From Eledone cirrhosa (taxonomy: Eukaryota): DNA of 64,000 nucleotides. Position numbers and translations under genes: made by a program. The stretch is from NCBI GenBank assembly GCA_964016885.1, contig OZ024745.1:98642001-98706000 (forward strand), written 5' to 3'. Positions within the stretch are counted from its first letter, which is position 1, and each line of letters opens with the position of its first letter. Of the stretch, positions 23,688 to 35,426 are shown piece after piece. Under the pieces are notes generated by a model. It was not told the origin of the DNA and did no database searches. It saw only the letters and a list, made by a program, of their open reading frames with translations.

Positions 23688-25313
23688 TCATCATCATCAT
23701 CATCTTCGTTTAACATCCATCTTCCACGCTAGCATGGGTTAGACGGAGATTGTCCCACTTGAGGCAAAGTTGGTCGGGTGACCGTGTCTCGCTCATATAG
23801 GACTATCTGGCAGGTTTTCTACGGCTGGATGCCCTTCCTAGTGTCAATCACATTTACAGTGTGGAACTGGGAACTTTTTACTGTGTTACACGGCCACATT
23901 ACAGCGTAGACTGTGTGTTTTTTTGTTGTGACACCTACACGATCTCAATCTCATTATCTCATTTATTTGGACTGGGTGTTGTGGTACCAACTTTACAGAG
24001 AGAGGGTGGTGTTGGTGGGAGTGGGAGGATAGGGTAGGGGTAGTGGATTGGGGTGCCTACTGACTAGGTTTCGCTTTGTACATAAGCAAGGCGGGTCTTC
24101 TGTATTACTGCGTAGCACCAAAGATCACGGTCCAGTGACATTGTCTTAAAGAGGTGCAAGTGTGTAAGGTTGGAATTTATCAAATCATCCCAGGTTTTTC
24201 TGGGTCTACCTACTCCTTAACTACCATCAATTTTGATCGCCCTGCACTTTTTTATATAGCTGTCGTCTTTCATGCGCATCACGCGGCCATACCAACGTAG
24301 TCTTCTCTCAAGTAAACAGCATCTGATCCCTCTTTTTCCTAATTTCTCACTTAGTTCATTTATGCTTTGGCGTTCGCGTATATTACTATTACACATCCAA
24401 CGGAGCATGCATGCTTCGTTCCTTTCCAGTCTGCGCAGGTCCTCTGCACGCAATGCCTATGTCTCACTGCCATGTAGCATTGCTCTTCGTATAGAGGCAT
24501 CATACAATCTGCCTTTCATTTTTAGAGAGAAACCTTTTGTGGCCAACAATGGTATAAGCTCTCTGAACTTTTTCCATCCCGTTCTGACTCTGGCTACTGT
24601 ACTTTCAGAGCACCCGCCAACACTGCTGATTTCATTACCCAGGTAACGGAAGGTGTCCACTAATTCTATAGAACCATCTAGGCAATAGAAGGAGCTAGTA
24701 TCCTGTGGACACTTGCTACTTATTGCATCTGAGCATCGGCCACATATAAAGTCTACGTTCTTAGATAGTTTACCTGTAATCCCACTACATCTTTTATGTA
24801 CCCATAGTTTGCATTTGGGACATAAAATGGAATTTCTGCCTACTCCTTTCCTACACACTGAGCATGGCCATTTCCAAGAGGGCACCTGTGCCCTATTTTC
24901 CTTTCTACAAACTAGAACTTTAGTCTTAGACAAGTTAACTTTAAGGCCTTTTGATTCTAGGCCTGCTTCCATGTTTGGAATTTCTTCTCTAGTTCAGCCA
25001 TAGATTCAGCTATGAGAGTTAGATCATCTGTGTATAGGAGTTCCCATGGGCAGCCGGTCTTGAACTCCTCTGTTATAGCTTGAAGGGCAATAATAAATAG
25101 GAGGAGCCTAAGGACAGAGCCTTGATGAACACCAACTTTTACACTAAATTCTTCACAATATTCATTGTTAATTCTAACCTTACTGACTGTTTCTTTATAC
25201 ATAGCTTGTATAGCTCTCACAAGCCATTCATCTACACCTAGTTTTCCGAGAGCCCACCTGATAATGGAGCGGGGGACTCTGTCAAAGGCTTTCTCCAGGT
25301 CTACAAAAGCTAA
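23688..25313 (-). mobile_element. 5'-truncated RTE LINE (RT, PHD-like finger, 3'UTR)
   Basis: ORFs 24957..25220, 24457..24972 and 24217..24453 are RT pieces (GVHQGSVL, LYTDD, RLRWYG). The copy is bounded by (TA)n. Confidence 0.95.
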
Positions 25314-25596
25314 GTATATATATATATATATATGTATGCATGCATAACGAACATAAAGTCTTGCTACAGGTGTTTGAAGCAGCGATCATGTCACAGCTAC
25401 CTCAGTACCCCGCATGAGAATGCTAGACACTAGTTATTTCAGGATATACATCTTTATTGTTAGGATATACTGAAGCAAGAATAAGTAGCAGCTTACACAG
25501 ATTTTGCCTGTGGTACATCTGCTGGCAATGGTCATTTGCATATAATGGGAACTTGACACAGTATAATTCATAATAGAGATGTATAATCTCTAAAGA

Positions 25597-25816
25597 TGTG
25601 TCATCACCTTTGGCAGGTGCAATTGTGCAAGGTCAGCTTTTATCACCTCATCCAAAGTCTCCCTAGGCCTGCCCACTCTCTCTCTATATATATTTATAGT
25701 AAGGGGTTAACCGAACACAGATGTGTGGTCCACATAATGGTCTGTCGGTTGTGAAATATATATAATGGATTTTAATAAACCTAAACCAAATGAATAATGC
25801 CTCGGATTTTTTATTG

Positions 25817-25847
<31 letters not shown>

Positions 25848-26430
25848 TTTAAAAGAATAGAGGTGTAACACACAAGTTATTATATATTGGTAAATGGAAT
25901 AGAAAATGCTGACAAATTGTTCACAGTGAAAAATAGTTTAATTAGGAATAAGTGAGAATTAGTAATTGTATTGGTTAGTATTCAGTTTTGGTTTTAAGTT
26001 TTACCGGTTGCGCAACCAGTAAAACTTAAAACCAAAACTGAATACTAACCAATACAATTACTAATTCTCACTTATTCCTAATTAAACTATTTTTCACTGT
26101 GAACAATTTGTCAGCATTTTCTATTCCATTTACCAATATATAATAACTTGTGTGTTACACCTCTATTCTTTTAAATATATATATATATATATATACATAT
26201 GTATATATCAATAAAAAATCCGAGGCATTATTCATTTGGTTTAGGTTTATTAAAATCCATTATATATATTTCACAACCGACAGACCATTATGTGGACCAC
26301 ACATCTGTGTTCGGTTAACCCCTTACTATAAATATATATATAGAGAGAGAGTGGGCAGGCCTAGGGAGACTTTGGATGAGGTGATAAAAGCTGACCTTGC
26401 ACAATTGCACCTGCCAAAGGTGATGACACA
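25597..26430. repeat. Spacerless palindrome with ~415-bp arms centred at 26011/26012
   Basis: The centre is GGTTGC|GCAACC. The arms are reverse complements apart from a few substitutions and (TA)n length differences. Confidence 0.95.
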
Positions 26431-26970
26431 GGACTGGGATCTCTGACATTATGCAGTAATCCAGATGACTCACCTTCCCGTATGCAGGAGCTGAGACATA
26501 CGTCTGGTATACACCACCTTCACTCCCATGTTGTAATCACTCCACCCCTATATCTACCTCCCCAACTCACCATAGAGCAGTCATCCTGGAGCTACACCAA
26601 TAAGCGCCCAGTCCACTATAAAATGGTTGCGTAGGTGTCACAACAAAAAGCACCCAGCCTACACTGTAAAGTGGTCATGTTGGTGTCATAACAAACAGTG
26701 CCCCGCCCACACTGTAAAGTGGTTGTGTATGAGTCATGACAAAAAGCACCCAGTCCACACTGTGAAGTGGTCATGTAGGTATCACAACAAAATGCACCCA
26801 ACACACACTGTAAATGTGTTTGGCATTAGGAAGGGCATCCAGCCGTAGAAACCAAGCCAAAATCAGTTCTGTGGGAGTAAAACACGGTCCTCCATCTTGG
26901 CAGTCTCATAACAGAACAGCACGTCTAACCCATGTTCACATGGAAAATGGACGTTAAATGATGATGATGA
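26350..26970 (+). mobile_element. RTE 3' end fragment
   Basis: VGRPRETLDEVIKADL followed by the repetitive 3'UTR and a (GAT)n tail. Confidence 0.88.
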
Positions 26971-26984
26971 TATATATACATATT

Positions 26985-27975
26985 GTCATATTTGACTGCA
27001 TTAGACTACATTTCTAGTTTTGCAGTTTATCTGTGGGATTTTCATACAGACTATACAGTTTCTATCAGTACAGGGGTTTTTCTTAAAGGGGTATGTCCTT
27101 CTGATCCAGGATTTTATGGTAGCTCCTGATTTTTCTACTACTTTAATCTTAAAGTTCAATTTATCTAAAGCTCTTCTAAAATGATATGTTAGTTTGCCTC
27201 TAAAGGTAGCATCAACGAACATGACACTGGCTGTTGTACCAAGAGTTGGTCTTCCCTATCTTTTTCCTAGTCCTTTCTGTGCTATTCCATGTTTTGCTTT
27301 TGTATAATGGGCAAATCCCCTTTGTATCATTCTCTATAATGATTTGGAATTTAACCATGGCTCCTTTGTGTACCTTGATCTTTTCTCTTTGGTTATAACC
27401 AGAGAACTGCATACAATGGATGAAGTGTTGTATGTGTCTTTTTAATTCTGTTGGGTCACATTTCTCATCACTCTTACCAGGTCTGCTATCAAGATATTTA
27501 ACTTAGCACTATCTGACATAGCTGAATTCCAATGGGCCAAGTACTTAGTGGCCATGGGTTTGCTATAATGTGAATGAAGGATTTGGGTTTTACCGTTCTT
27601 AGTTTCCATCCAGAGTTTGGTGTCTATCACAGGTAATCTATGGTTGGGGTGCTTAGTGAGGAGGTCTACTGTTACTTTAATGCTCTGGTGGATGTAGTTA
27701 GCTATTTGCTGGAGGCTCTCCATGGTGCTAGCTTCTAGTTCTGGTTCATTGGTACTCTGCTGTGGGGTAGTTTTAACCACTATATTGATATCATCAACAT
27801 AGCAAGGGTACCTGGGTATGACTATGGAGTTTTCAATTAAGCATTTCTTGAATCTCCTATCCCTCCATACCATGAATAGATTGACCACATCACCAGCGAA
27901 GCTGATGCCGATGGCTACTCCCTCTTCTTGGGCATATGTTTTATTATTGAATTTAAACACATTTGTTTGCAGTTC
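26985..27975 (-). mobile_element. Penelope-like element (PLE) remnant: RT, thumb and Cys-rich linker up to the start of the GIY-YIG domain
   Basis: FKFNNKTYAQEEGVAIG, YVDDI, LPVIDTKLW and HYSKPMA, followed by IKVVEKSG and CTDRNCIVC...CKTRNVV. The Cys-rich linker resembles Neptune-type PLEs. The ORF is fragmented. Confidence 0.88.
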
Positions 27976-29769
27976 TGGGCTAACAGACCAGTCCACCTAC
28001 CTGTCAATAGATCCATAACTGAGAGCACTGTAAAATTAAGTAATGTTTCATTAGTTTGCAGTGCAAAGTTCTTTTTCTCCTACATATAGAGTCTAAAGTG
28101 GAGTTTTGTTCCTCTATCCCATTTATTTGCTTAAATGTACAGCAATACAAAGTTCATAGTATACGAAGCACACTCAAGAGGTTTTGTGTTGATCAGAGTT
28201 AAATAAATGACTCTCTGATAAAAGTCTCAACACCTCTTGAATGTACCTCATATGTGAGTAGAAGAATTTTCAGTTATTTGTTTTTTTTTCTCTTGTTCGA
28301 GGAAGACCACAAAAATCATGGGCGGAGGTGGTGAGAGCTGATCTCAGATCGCTGAAGCTTACGGAGGAGATGACGAAGGACTGTGACAAATGGAGAGATG
28401 CTGTGTTGAATAGGACCCGTCCCACCCTTGCAAGCAGGGAAAAGCGGACGTAAAATGATGATGATGATGATGTTCCTTGAGTCTAGTTTGACAAAAAAGT
28501 ACCAAAAAATGAAAATAAAAAAGTTATTGATAAAACATGAAGACCAACAATAATCTTTCTCTCAGCTAATTTATAACAAAAGCAAATTTGTGGCTGATTA
28601 CAGTATTAGAATTAATTGAAAGAAAGCCATGGCAGGAACATTTCTAACATGACAGATATCCATTGGAATAACTTCAACTTAAAACTGTAAGGGAACGAAA
28701 CACTTGTTAGTTCTACACTGCTTTCCCTTCTGTTAAGAACTGTACTCAAACAGGGGCGCAGATATATAACTTGATGAGATGACAGATAACAGCACTAGCT
28801 ATTGTATAGTAACCATGTATACAATGAATTGCTAATGAAGCAATTCAAACCATTATCCTTTCAACAAATAGTTTGATACTCTAATCCTGGTTGGTGGTAA
28901 TAGAATTGTTTGAAAAGAGGTCATGGAGTGTGTGGAACCATTTAAACTTAGTATTACAAAATAATGAAATATGTATTAATAAAACATCACCTCTACTAAC
29001 CACTTGCAGTGGATTGCTATAGAAATGGCAGCTATCTAATAGTCAATGAACATAAAGAACACTTACAACAGCTTTTAGAATAATTGTGACTTTTATTACA
29101 TCTAATGTTCAATAATGAAAAAAGAGATAATAAAGCGAGAGTAAAGTGAAAATGAAAATGATTTAATCTGTTGTAGGTAACAGGAAATAGAAATGTTAAT
29201 TTACCTTCAAAATTATTGATTTTACTGACACAAGAGAAATATGTCACCATTTACATCTTGTTTTTATAATATGTTTATAATAATAATAATAATTGTTTCT
29301 ACTTTTGGCACAAGGCCAGCACTTCACCAGTGCGTGACTGGTACTTTAAATAATAATAATAATTGTTTCTACTTTTGGCACAAGGCCAGCAATTATCTCA
29401 GTGTATTACTGGTACTTTATTTTATCGACCCCGTAAGGGTGAAAGGCAAAGTTAACCTCAGCGGGATTTGAACTCAGACCATAAAGGGACGTAACTATGC
29501 TCGAAAGCATGGCGTCCGACCCTCTACCGATACTGCCAATAATAATAATAATAATGATGATTTCTTTATTAACCACCTGTTTATCTCTAAATCTCTTATC
29601 TTCCTTCATATATATATATATATATATAATGATTTCTCTCGAATGAAACAGTTCTAGTCCTGTAGAAGCCATTTCTATATTAAATATTTATACTCTGCTA
29701 TGTATTGAGTACCTTACTTACTGTGGTTACCCCCGATTGAACCCGGGATAAACTTTTATATATATATAT

Positions 29770-31970
29770 TGCCGAGATGCTGAAGGCATCTGGTACGGTG
29801 GGACACACCATGGTCACCCGGATAGTTAACCAAGTCGTACAGAATGGGGTTGTTCCGAAGGACTGGCGTAGCAGCATCATCGTTAACTGTTATAAGGGTA
29901 AAGGAGATGCCCTAGATAGGAGTAACTATAGAGGCATTAAATTAATCGACCAGGTCATGAAGGTCACGGAAAAAGTAATAGCGCAACTAATCAAAGAGAG
30001 AATTGATCTAGATGAAATGCAGTTCGGGTTTGTGTCAGGCAAAAGTACCACAGACGCTCTTTTCATTGTACGACAACTACAGGAGAAGTACCTAGCTAAA
30101 AGTAAACCCCTATACTTAGCTTTTGTCGACTTGGAGAAAGCCTTCGACAGAGTCCCCCGTTCCATTATCTGGTGGGCTCTTAGAAAACTAGGTGTTGACG
30201 AATGGCTTGTGAGAGCTATACAAGCCATGTATAAAGAAACAGTCAGCAAGGTTAGAATTAACAACGAATATAGTGAAGAGTTTAGCGTAAAAGTTGGCGT
30301 CCATCAGGGCTCTGTTCTCAGCCCCCTACTATTTATTATTGCCCTTCAGGCTATAACAGAGGAGTTCAAGACCGGTTGCCCATGGGAACTCCTATACGCA
30401 GATGACCTAACACTCATAGCTGAATCAATGGCCAAGCTAGAGAAGAAATTCCAAACATGGAAGCACGGCCTAGAATCAAAAGGCCTTAAAATTAACCTGG
30501 CTAAGACTAAAGTTCTAGTTTGTAAGAAAGAAAATAAGGCGGCGGTCCCTTCCGGGAAGTGGCCATGCTCAGTGTGTAGGAAAGGCGTAGGTAGAAACTC
30601 CATTTTGTGTCCCAAATGCAAAGTATGGGTGCATAAAAGATGTAGTGGGATCACAGGTAAGCTAACTAAGAACATAGATTTTACATGTGGCCGGTGCTCT
30701 GGTGCAATAAGTAGCAGCAAGTGCCCACAAAATACTAGCTCTTTCAACTGCGCAGAGGGTTCTATAGAAATAGTGGACAGCTTCCGTTACCTGGGTGACA
30801 AAATCAGCAGTGGGGGAGGGTGCTCTGAAAGTACAGTAGCTGGAGTCAGAACTGGATGGAAAAAGTTCAGAGAGCTTATACCACTATTAGCCGCTAAAGG
30901 GTTCTCCCTAAAAAAGAAAGGCAGGTTGTATGATGCCTGCATACGAACACCAATGTTGCATGGCAGTGAGACCTGAGCATTGTGTGCAGAGGATATACGC
31001 AGACTAGAGAGAAACGAAGCTTGCATGCTCCGCTGGATGTGTAATAGTAATATACGTGAACGGCAAAGCATAAACGAACTAAGGAAAAAATTAGAAATAA
31101 GAGGGATCAGATGTTGTTTACTCGAGAGAAGGCTACGTTGGTATGGTCACGTGATGCGCATGAAGGACGATAGCTGTATAACAAAGTGCAGGGCAATAAA
31201 GATAGACGGTAGCCACGGAATAGGCAGACCCAGAAAAACCTGGGACGAGCTGATAAATTCCGACCTCACACACTTACACCTCACCAAGACAATGTCACTG
31301 GACCGAGACCTTTGGCGGTACTCAGTAATAGAGAAGACCCGCCTTACCTAAATACAAAGTAAAACCTACTACAGTCAGTAGGCATCTCTAACAAAACACA
31401 CCCCCGTCCCACCACCCCCACCCCATCCACACCGCCTCTTTCAATGTAAAGTTATGTTGGTGCCACAACATCCAGGCCGAAACAAATGAGATCGTGTAGG
31501 TGTCACGTAAAAAAACACACAGTTCACGCTGTAATGTGGCCGTGTAGGCAACACAGTAAAAACCTCCCAGCCCCACACTGTAAATGTGGTTGGTGTTAGG
31601 AAGGGCATCCAGCTGTAGAAAACCCGCCAGACAGTCCACGCTGTAATGTGGCCGTGTAGGCAACACGGTAAAAACCTCCCAGCCCCACACTGTAAATGTG
31701 GTTGGTGTTAGGAAGGGCATCCAGCTGTAGAAAACCCGCCAGACAGTCCACGCTGTAATGTGGCCGTGTAGGCAACACGGTAAAAACCTCCCAGCCCCAC
31801 ACTGTAAATGTGGTTGGTGTTAGGAAGGGCATCCAGCTGTAGAAAACCCGCCAGATAGTCCTATGCGAGCAAGATAATCACTCTTGCCTCAAGTGGGAAA
31901 ACCCCCGTCCAAACCCATGCAAGCGTGGAACACGGACGTTAAACGTTGATGATGATGATGATGATGATGA
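29770..31970 (+). mobile_element. 5'-truncated RTE LINE with one in-frame stop and a 3'UTR containing three 112-bp tandem repeats
   Basis: ORFs 29777..30976 and 30980..31351 encode the RT. It has a (GAT)n tail and starts in (TA)n. Confidence 0.96.
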
Positions 31971-31973
31971 TAT

Positions 31974-34900
31974 ATGTATATATATATATATACAACCCAG
32001 AGACCCTCCCCTACGAGTGTCGACAAATGCCCAAAACTCCGAGTTGGTACCATCAATGTAGGCTCAATGAAAGGAAGAGCAGGAGAAATCGTAGAAATGC
32101 TAGAGCGAAAGGAAGTTGATGTATGCTGTGTGCAAGAGACTAGATGGAGAGGAGGGTCTGCTAGAGTCCTTGTAGGAAAAAGCCAGTGCTACAAATTTTT
32201 CTGGGTGGGAAATGACGATGGGATGGGTGGTGTAGGTATACTATTAGCTGACAAGTGGGTAGATAAAGTAATCTCAGTGTACAGGGTAAATGCAAGAATC
32301 ATTAAACTCAGACTAGTCCTGAATAAGACAATTACCACAATAATATCAGCTTACGCACCCCAATCGGGGCTGCCAGACGAACTTAAGGATAGGTTTTACG
32401 AGTCCCTAATACACACTACTGCTCTAACAGACGACAAGGACTTCCTAATCATTGCAGGAGATTTTAACGGACACGTAGGTAAACACTGCGACGGCTTCAA
32501 TAGAGTACATGGAGGCCATGGAGTTGGCACAAGGAATGAGGAAGGATTCAGACTTCTAGAATTCTGCGACGCCAATGACATGTCGATATGTAACACAAAC
32601 TTTAAAAAACCCGACAACCACCTGATCACCTATAGATCAGGGGAGCACTCTAGTCAGTTAGATTTTATTCTCATCAGAGGACGTGACAGATGGACGGTCG
32701 TAAACACAAAAGCCTTCCCTAGTGAGGAATGTACATCCCAACATAGCTTAGTTGTCAGCGACCTCACGGTCAGAACTAGACGAGCCCTGAAACAGAGGCC
32801 AACCTGGAGAAGAAAGATCTGGAAGCTGAAAGTCCCCTCAACCAGTAACAGATTTAAAGATATTTTACTCAACGCCTACGACAGTAAAGAAGAACAGATA
32901 GAGACATTTAACGTAGAAGAGAACTGGGAGTTCCTAAAAAATAACTTACTAGAGGCGACGGATGAGGTTTGTGGCTGGAGTAAGACCTCAAGCAGGAGGA
33001 GAGTGACTTGGTGGTGGAACAATAAGGTAGATGAAGCAGTCAAGGCCAAGAGACAGGCATGGAAAGAATGGAAGAACGGGGGGAGCAGGGTACATTACAT
33101 AGAGACCAAGAGGGAAGCTAGGCGACAAGTATACTTAGCTAGGAGGGAAGCAGAGGATAGAAAATTCAAGCATGTTTTACAACGTGAGGACCAGAAACAG
33201 GAGGTATTCAAGATTGCGAGGCAGTGTGTCAGAGATAGTTGTGATGTCATTGGAGAGAAGTGTATCCGGAATGATAAAGGTGAGCTTGCCCTCACAAGTG
33301 CTGAGAAGAAAGATGCATGGAAGAGTCATTATGATAGATTACTAAATGAGGAGAATGCATGGGAAGAAGAGACCCTACCCCACGTAGACCCTATAGAGGG
33401 ACCAGCAGTACAAGTCAGCGGCAGCGTAGTAAGTAAGGCAATCAGAGATATGAAGATAGGGAAGGCAACCGGTCCATCGGGTATAGCTGCCGAGATGCTG
33501 AAGGCATCTGGGTCTGTAGGTCACACTATAACCACACGTATCGTTAACCAGGTAATACTAGAGGGGGCCATACCAAAAGATTGGTGCAGTAGCATCATTG
33601 TCAACTGCTACAAAGGTAAAGGCGATGCACTAGATAGAGGAAACTATAGAGGTATAAAGTTGATGGACCAGGTCATGAAAGTAACAGAAAGAGTTATAGC
33701 ACAGCTGATTAGGGACCGGGTGAATATAGACGAGATGCAATTTGGGTTTGTTCCAGGGAAAGGCACCACTGATGCGCTCTTCCTTGTGAGGCAATTACAG
33801 GAAAAGTACCTAGCTAAAAGTAAGCCACTCTACTTGGCATTTGTCGACCTTGAGAAAGCCTTTGACAGAGTTCCACGTGCAGTAATCTGGTGGGCTCTTA
33901 GAAAACTAGGAGTAGATGAATGGCTTGTGAAAGCGGTACAAGCCATGTATAGGGGAGCAGTCAGCAAAGTTAGGATTGGCAATGAGTATAGCGAGGAATT
34001 TAGCGTACAGGTTGGGGTCCACCAGGGCTCTGTTCTTAGCCCTCTCCTGTTCATCATAGTCCTGCAGGCAATAACGGAGGAGTTTAAGACCGGATGCCCA
34101 TGGGAACTCCTGTATGCTGATGACCTCGCACTCATAGCTGAATCTATGGTAGAACTAGAGAATAAATTCCAAACCTGGAAGCAGGGACTAGAGAGAAAGG
34201 GCCTCAAAGTCAACATGACAAAGACTAAGGTCCTTATAAGTAGACGAGAAAACAGAACCCAGATCCCCTCAGGGAAATGGCCTTGCTCAGTATGTAGGAA
34301 AGGTGTAGGTAGGAATTCCATTCTTTGCCCCAAATGCAAACAATGGGTACACAAGAGATGTAGCGGGATCTCAGGAAGCTTAATTAAGAATGTAGGATTC
34401 ACATGCAGCAGCTGTGCTGAAACAGCAAGCAAACAGCCACAGGAAACAAGTACCACCAATCTCTGGGAGGGCCCTGTAGAAACAGTAGACAGCTTCTGCT
34501 ACCTAGGTGACCGAATTAGCAACGGAGGTGGGTGCTCAGAAAGTACAATAACTAGGGTAAGAACGGGATGGAAGAAGTTTAGGGAACTACTACCACTGCT
34601 AGCTGCAAAAGGCTTCTCCCTCAGAATGAAAGGCAGACTGTATGATGCGTGTATCCGAACAGCGATGTTGCATGGTAGTGAGACCTGGGCGCTGAAGGTG
34701 GAAGACTTACGTAGATTAGAGAGAAACGAAGCCTGCATGCTCCGATGGATGTGTAACAGTAATATACGTGAACGACAAAGCATAAATGAATTGAGAGAGA
34801 GACTGAGCATAAGAGGAATCAAATGCTGCGTGCAGGAGAGGCGGTTACGCTGGTATGGACATGTGATGCGTATGAAGGATGACAGCTGCATAAAAAGGTG

Positions 34901-35084
34901 CAGAGCACTAGAAGTTGATGGAAACCGCGGAGTGGGGAGACCCAAGATGACTTGGGATGAGGTGATAAAAGCCGACCTTACCCAACTACACCTCTCAAAG
35001 TCAATGACACACGACCGTGACTTCTGGCGTCACGCAGTAATACAGAGTACCCGACCTCCCATGGGTACATGCTGTAGCATATAA
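31974..35084 (+). CDS. RTE ORF: AP endonuclease, reverse transcriptase and PHD-like C4HC3 finger. The N-terminal MYIYIY is microsatellite-derived, so the true start is uncertain.
   Basis: Uninterrupted 1036 aa with VQETRW, AYAPQ, GDFNGHVG, LDFIL, YRGIKL, FVDLEKAFDRVP, GVHQGSVLSP, LYADD, CSVC...CPKC..WVHKRC...CSSC and RLRWYGHVMR. Confidence 0.95.
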   Translation: MYIYIYTTQRPSPTSVDKCPKLRVGTINVGSMKGRAGEIVEMLERKEVDVCCVQETRWRGGSARVLVGKSQCYKFFWVGNDDGMGGVGILLADKWVDKVISVYRVNARIIKLRLVLNKTITTIISAYAPQSGLPDELKDRFYESLIHTTALTDDKDFLIIAGDFNGHVGKHCDGFNRVHGGHGVGTRNEEGFRLLEFCDANDMSICNTNFKKPDNHLITYRSGEHSSQLDFILIRGRDRWTVVNTKAFPSEECTSQHSLVVSDLTVRTRRALKQRPTWRRKIWKLKVPSTSNRFKDILLNAYDSKEEQIETFNVEENWEFLKNNLLEATDEVCGWSKTSSRRRVTWWWNNKVDEAVKAKRQAWKEWKNGGSRVHYIETKREARRQVYLARREAEDRKFKHVLQREDQKQEVFKIARQCVRDSCDVIGEKCIRNDKGELALTSAEKKDAWKSHYDRLLNEENAWEEETLPHVDPIEGPAVQVSGSVVSKAIRDMKIGKATGPSGIAAEMLKASGSVGHTITTRIVNQVILEGAIPKDWCSSIIVNCYKGKGDALDRGNYRGIKLMDQVMKVTERVIAQLIRDRVNIDEMQFGFVPGKGTTDALFLVRQLQEKYLAKSKPLYLAFVDLEKAFDRVPRAVIWWALRKLGVDEWLVKAVQAMYRGAVSKVRIGNEYSEEFSVQVGVHQGSVLSPLLFIIVLQAITEEFKTGCPWELLYADDLALIAESMVELENKFQTWKQGLERKGLKVNMTKTKVLISRRENRTQIPSGKWPCSVCRKGVGRNSILCPKCKQWVHKRCSGISGSLIKNVGFTCSSCAETASKQPQETSTTNLWEGPVETVDSFCYLGDRISNGGGCSESTITRVRTGWKKFRELLPLLAAKGFSLRMKGRLYDACIRTAMLHGSETWALKVEDLRRLERNEACMLRWMCNSNIRERQSINELRERLSIRGIKCCVQERRLRWYGHVMRMKDDSCIKRCRALEVDGNRGVGRPKMTWDEVIKADLTQLHLSKSMTHDRDFWRHAVIQSTRPPMGTCCSI

Positions 35085-35388
35085 ACAATATGCCCCCCCC
35101 CCCCCCCCCCCCCCCCACCGCAAGGTGGTCGTGGAGGTGCCACGGCAAAAAAGCACCCAGCCCACACTGTAAAGTGGACGTGTAGGCGCCACGAAAAAGC
35201 ACCCAGCACTCACTGTAAATGAGGTTGGTGTTAGGAAGGGCATCCAGCTGTAGAAATCAAGCCAGATCAGTTCCTGTATGAGCAAGGCATGGTCAGCCGA
35301 CCAGACACTGCCCACAACAGGACAACCCGTCTAACCCATGCTAGCGTGGAAGAACGGACGTAAAACGGTGATGATGATGATGATGATG
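31992..35388 (+). mobile_element. Near full-length RTE-clade LINE
   Basis: Single long ORF, short 3'UTR and (GAT)n tail, flanked by (TA)n on both sides. Confidence 0.97.
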
Positions 35389-35426
35389 ATATATATATAT
35401 ATATATATAGATATATATATATATAT

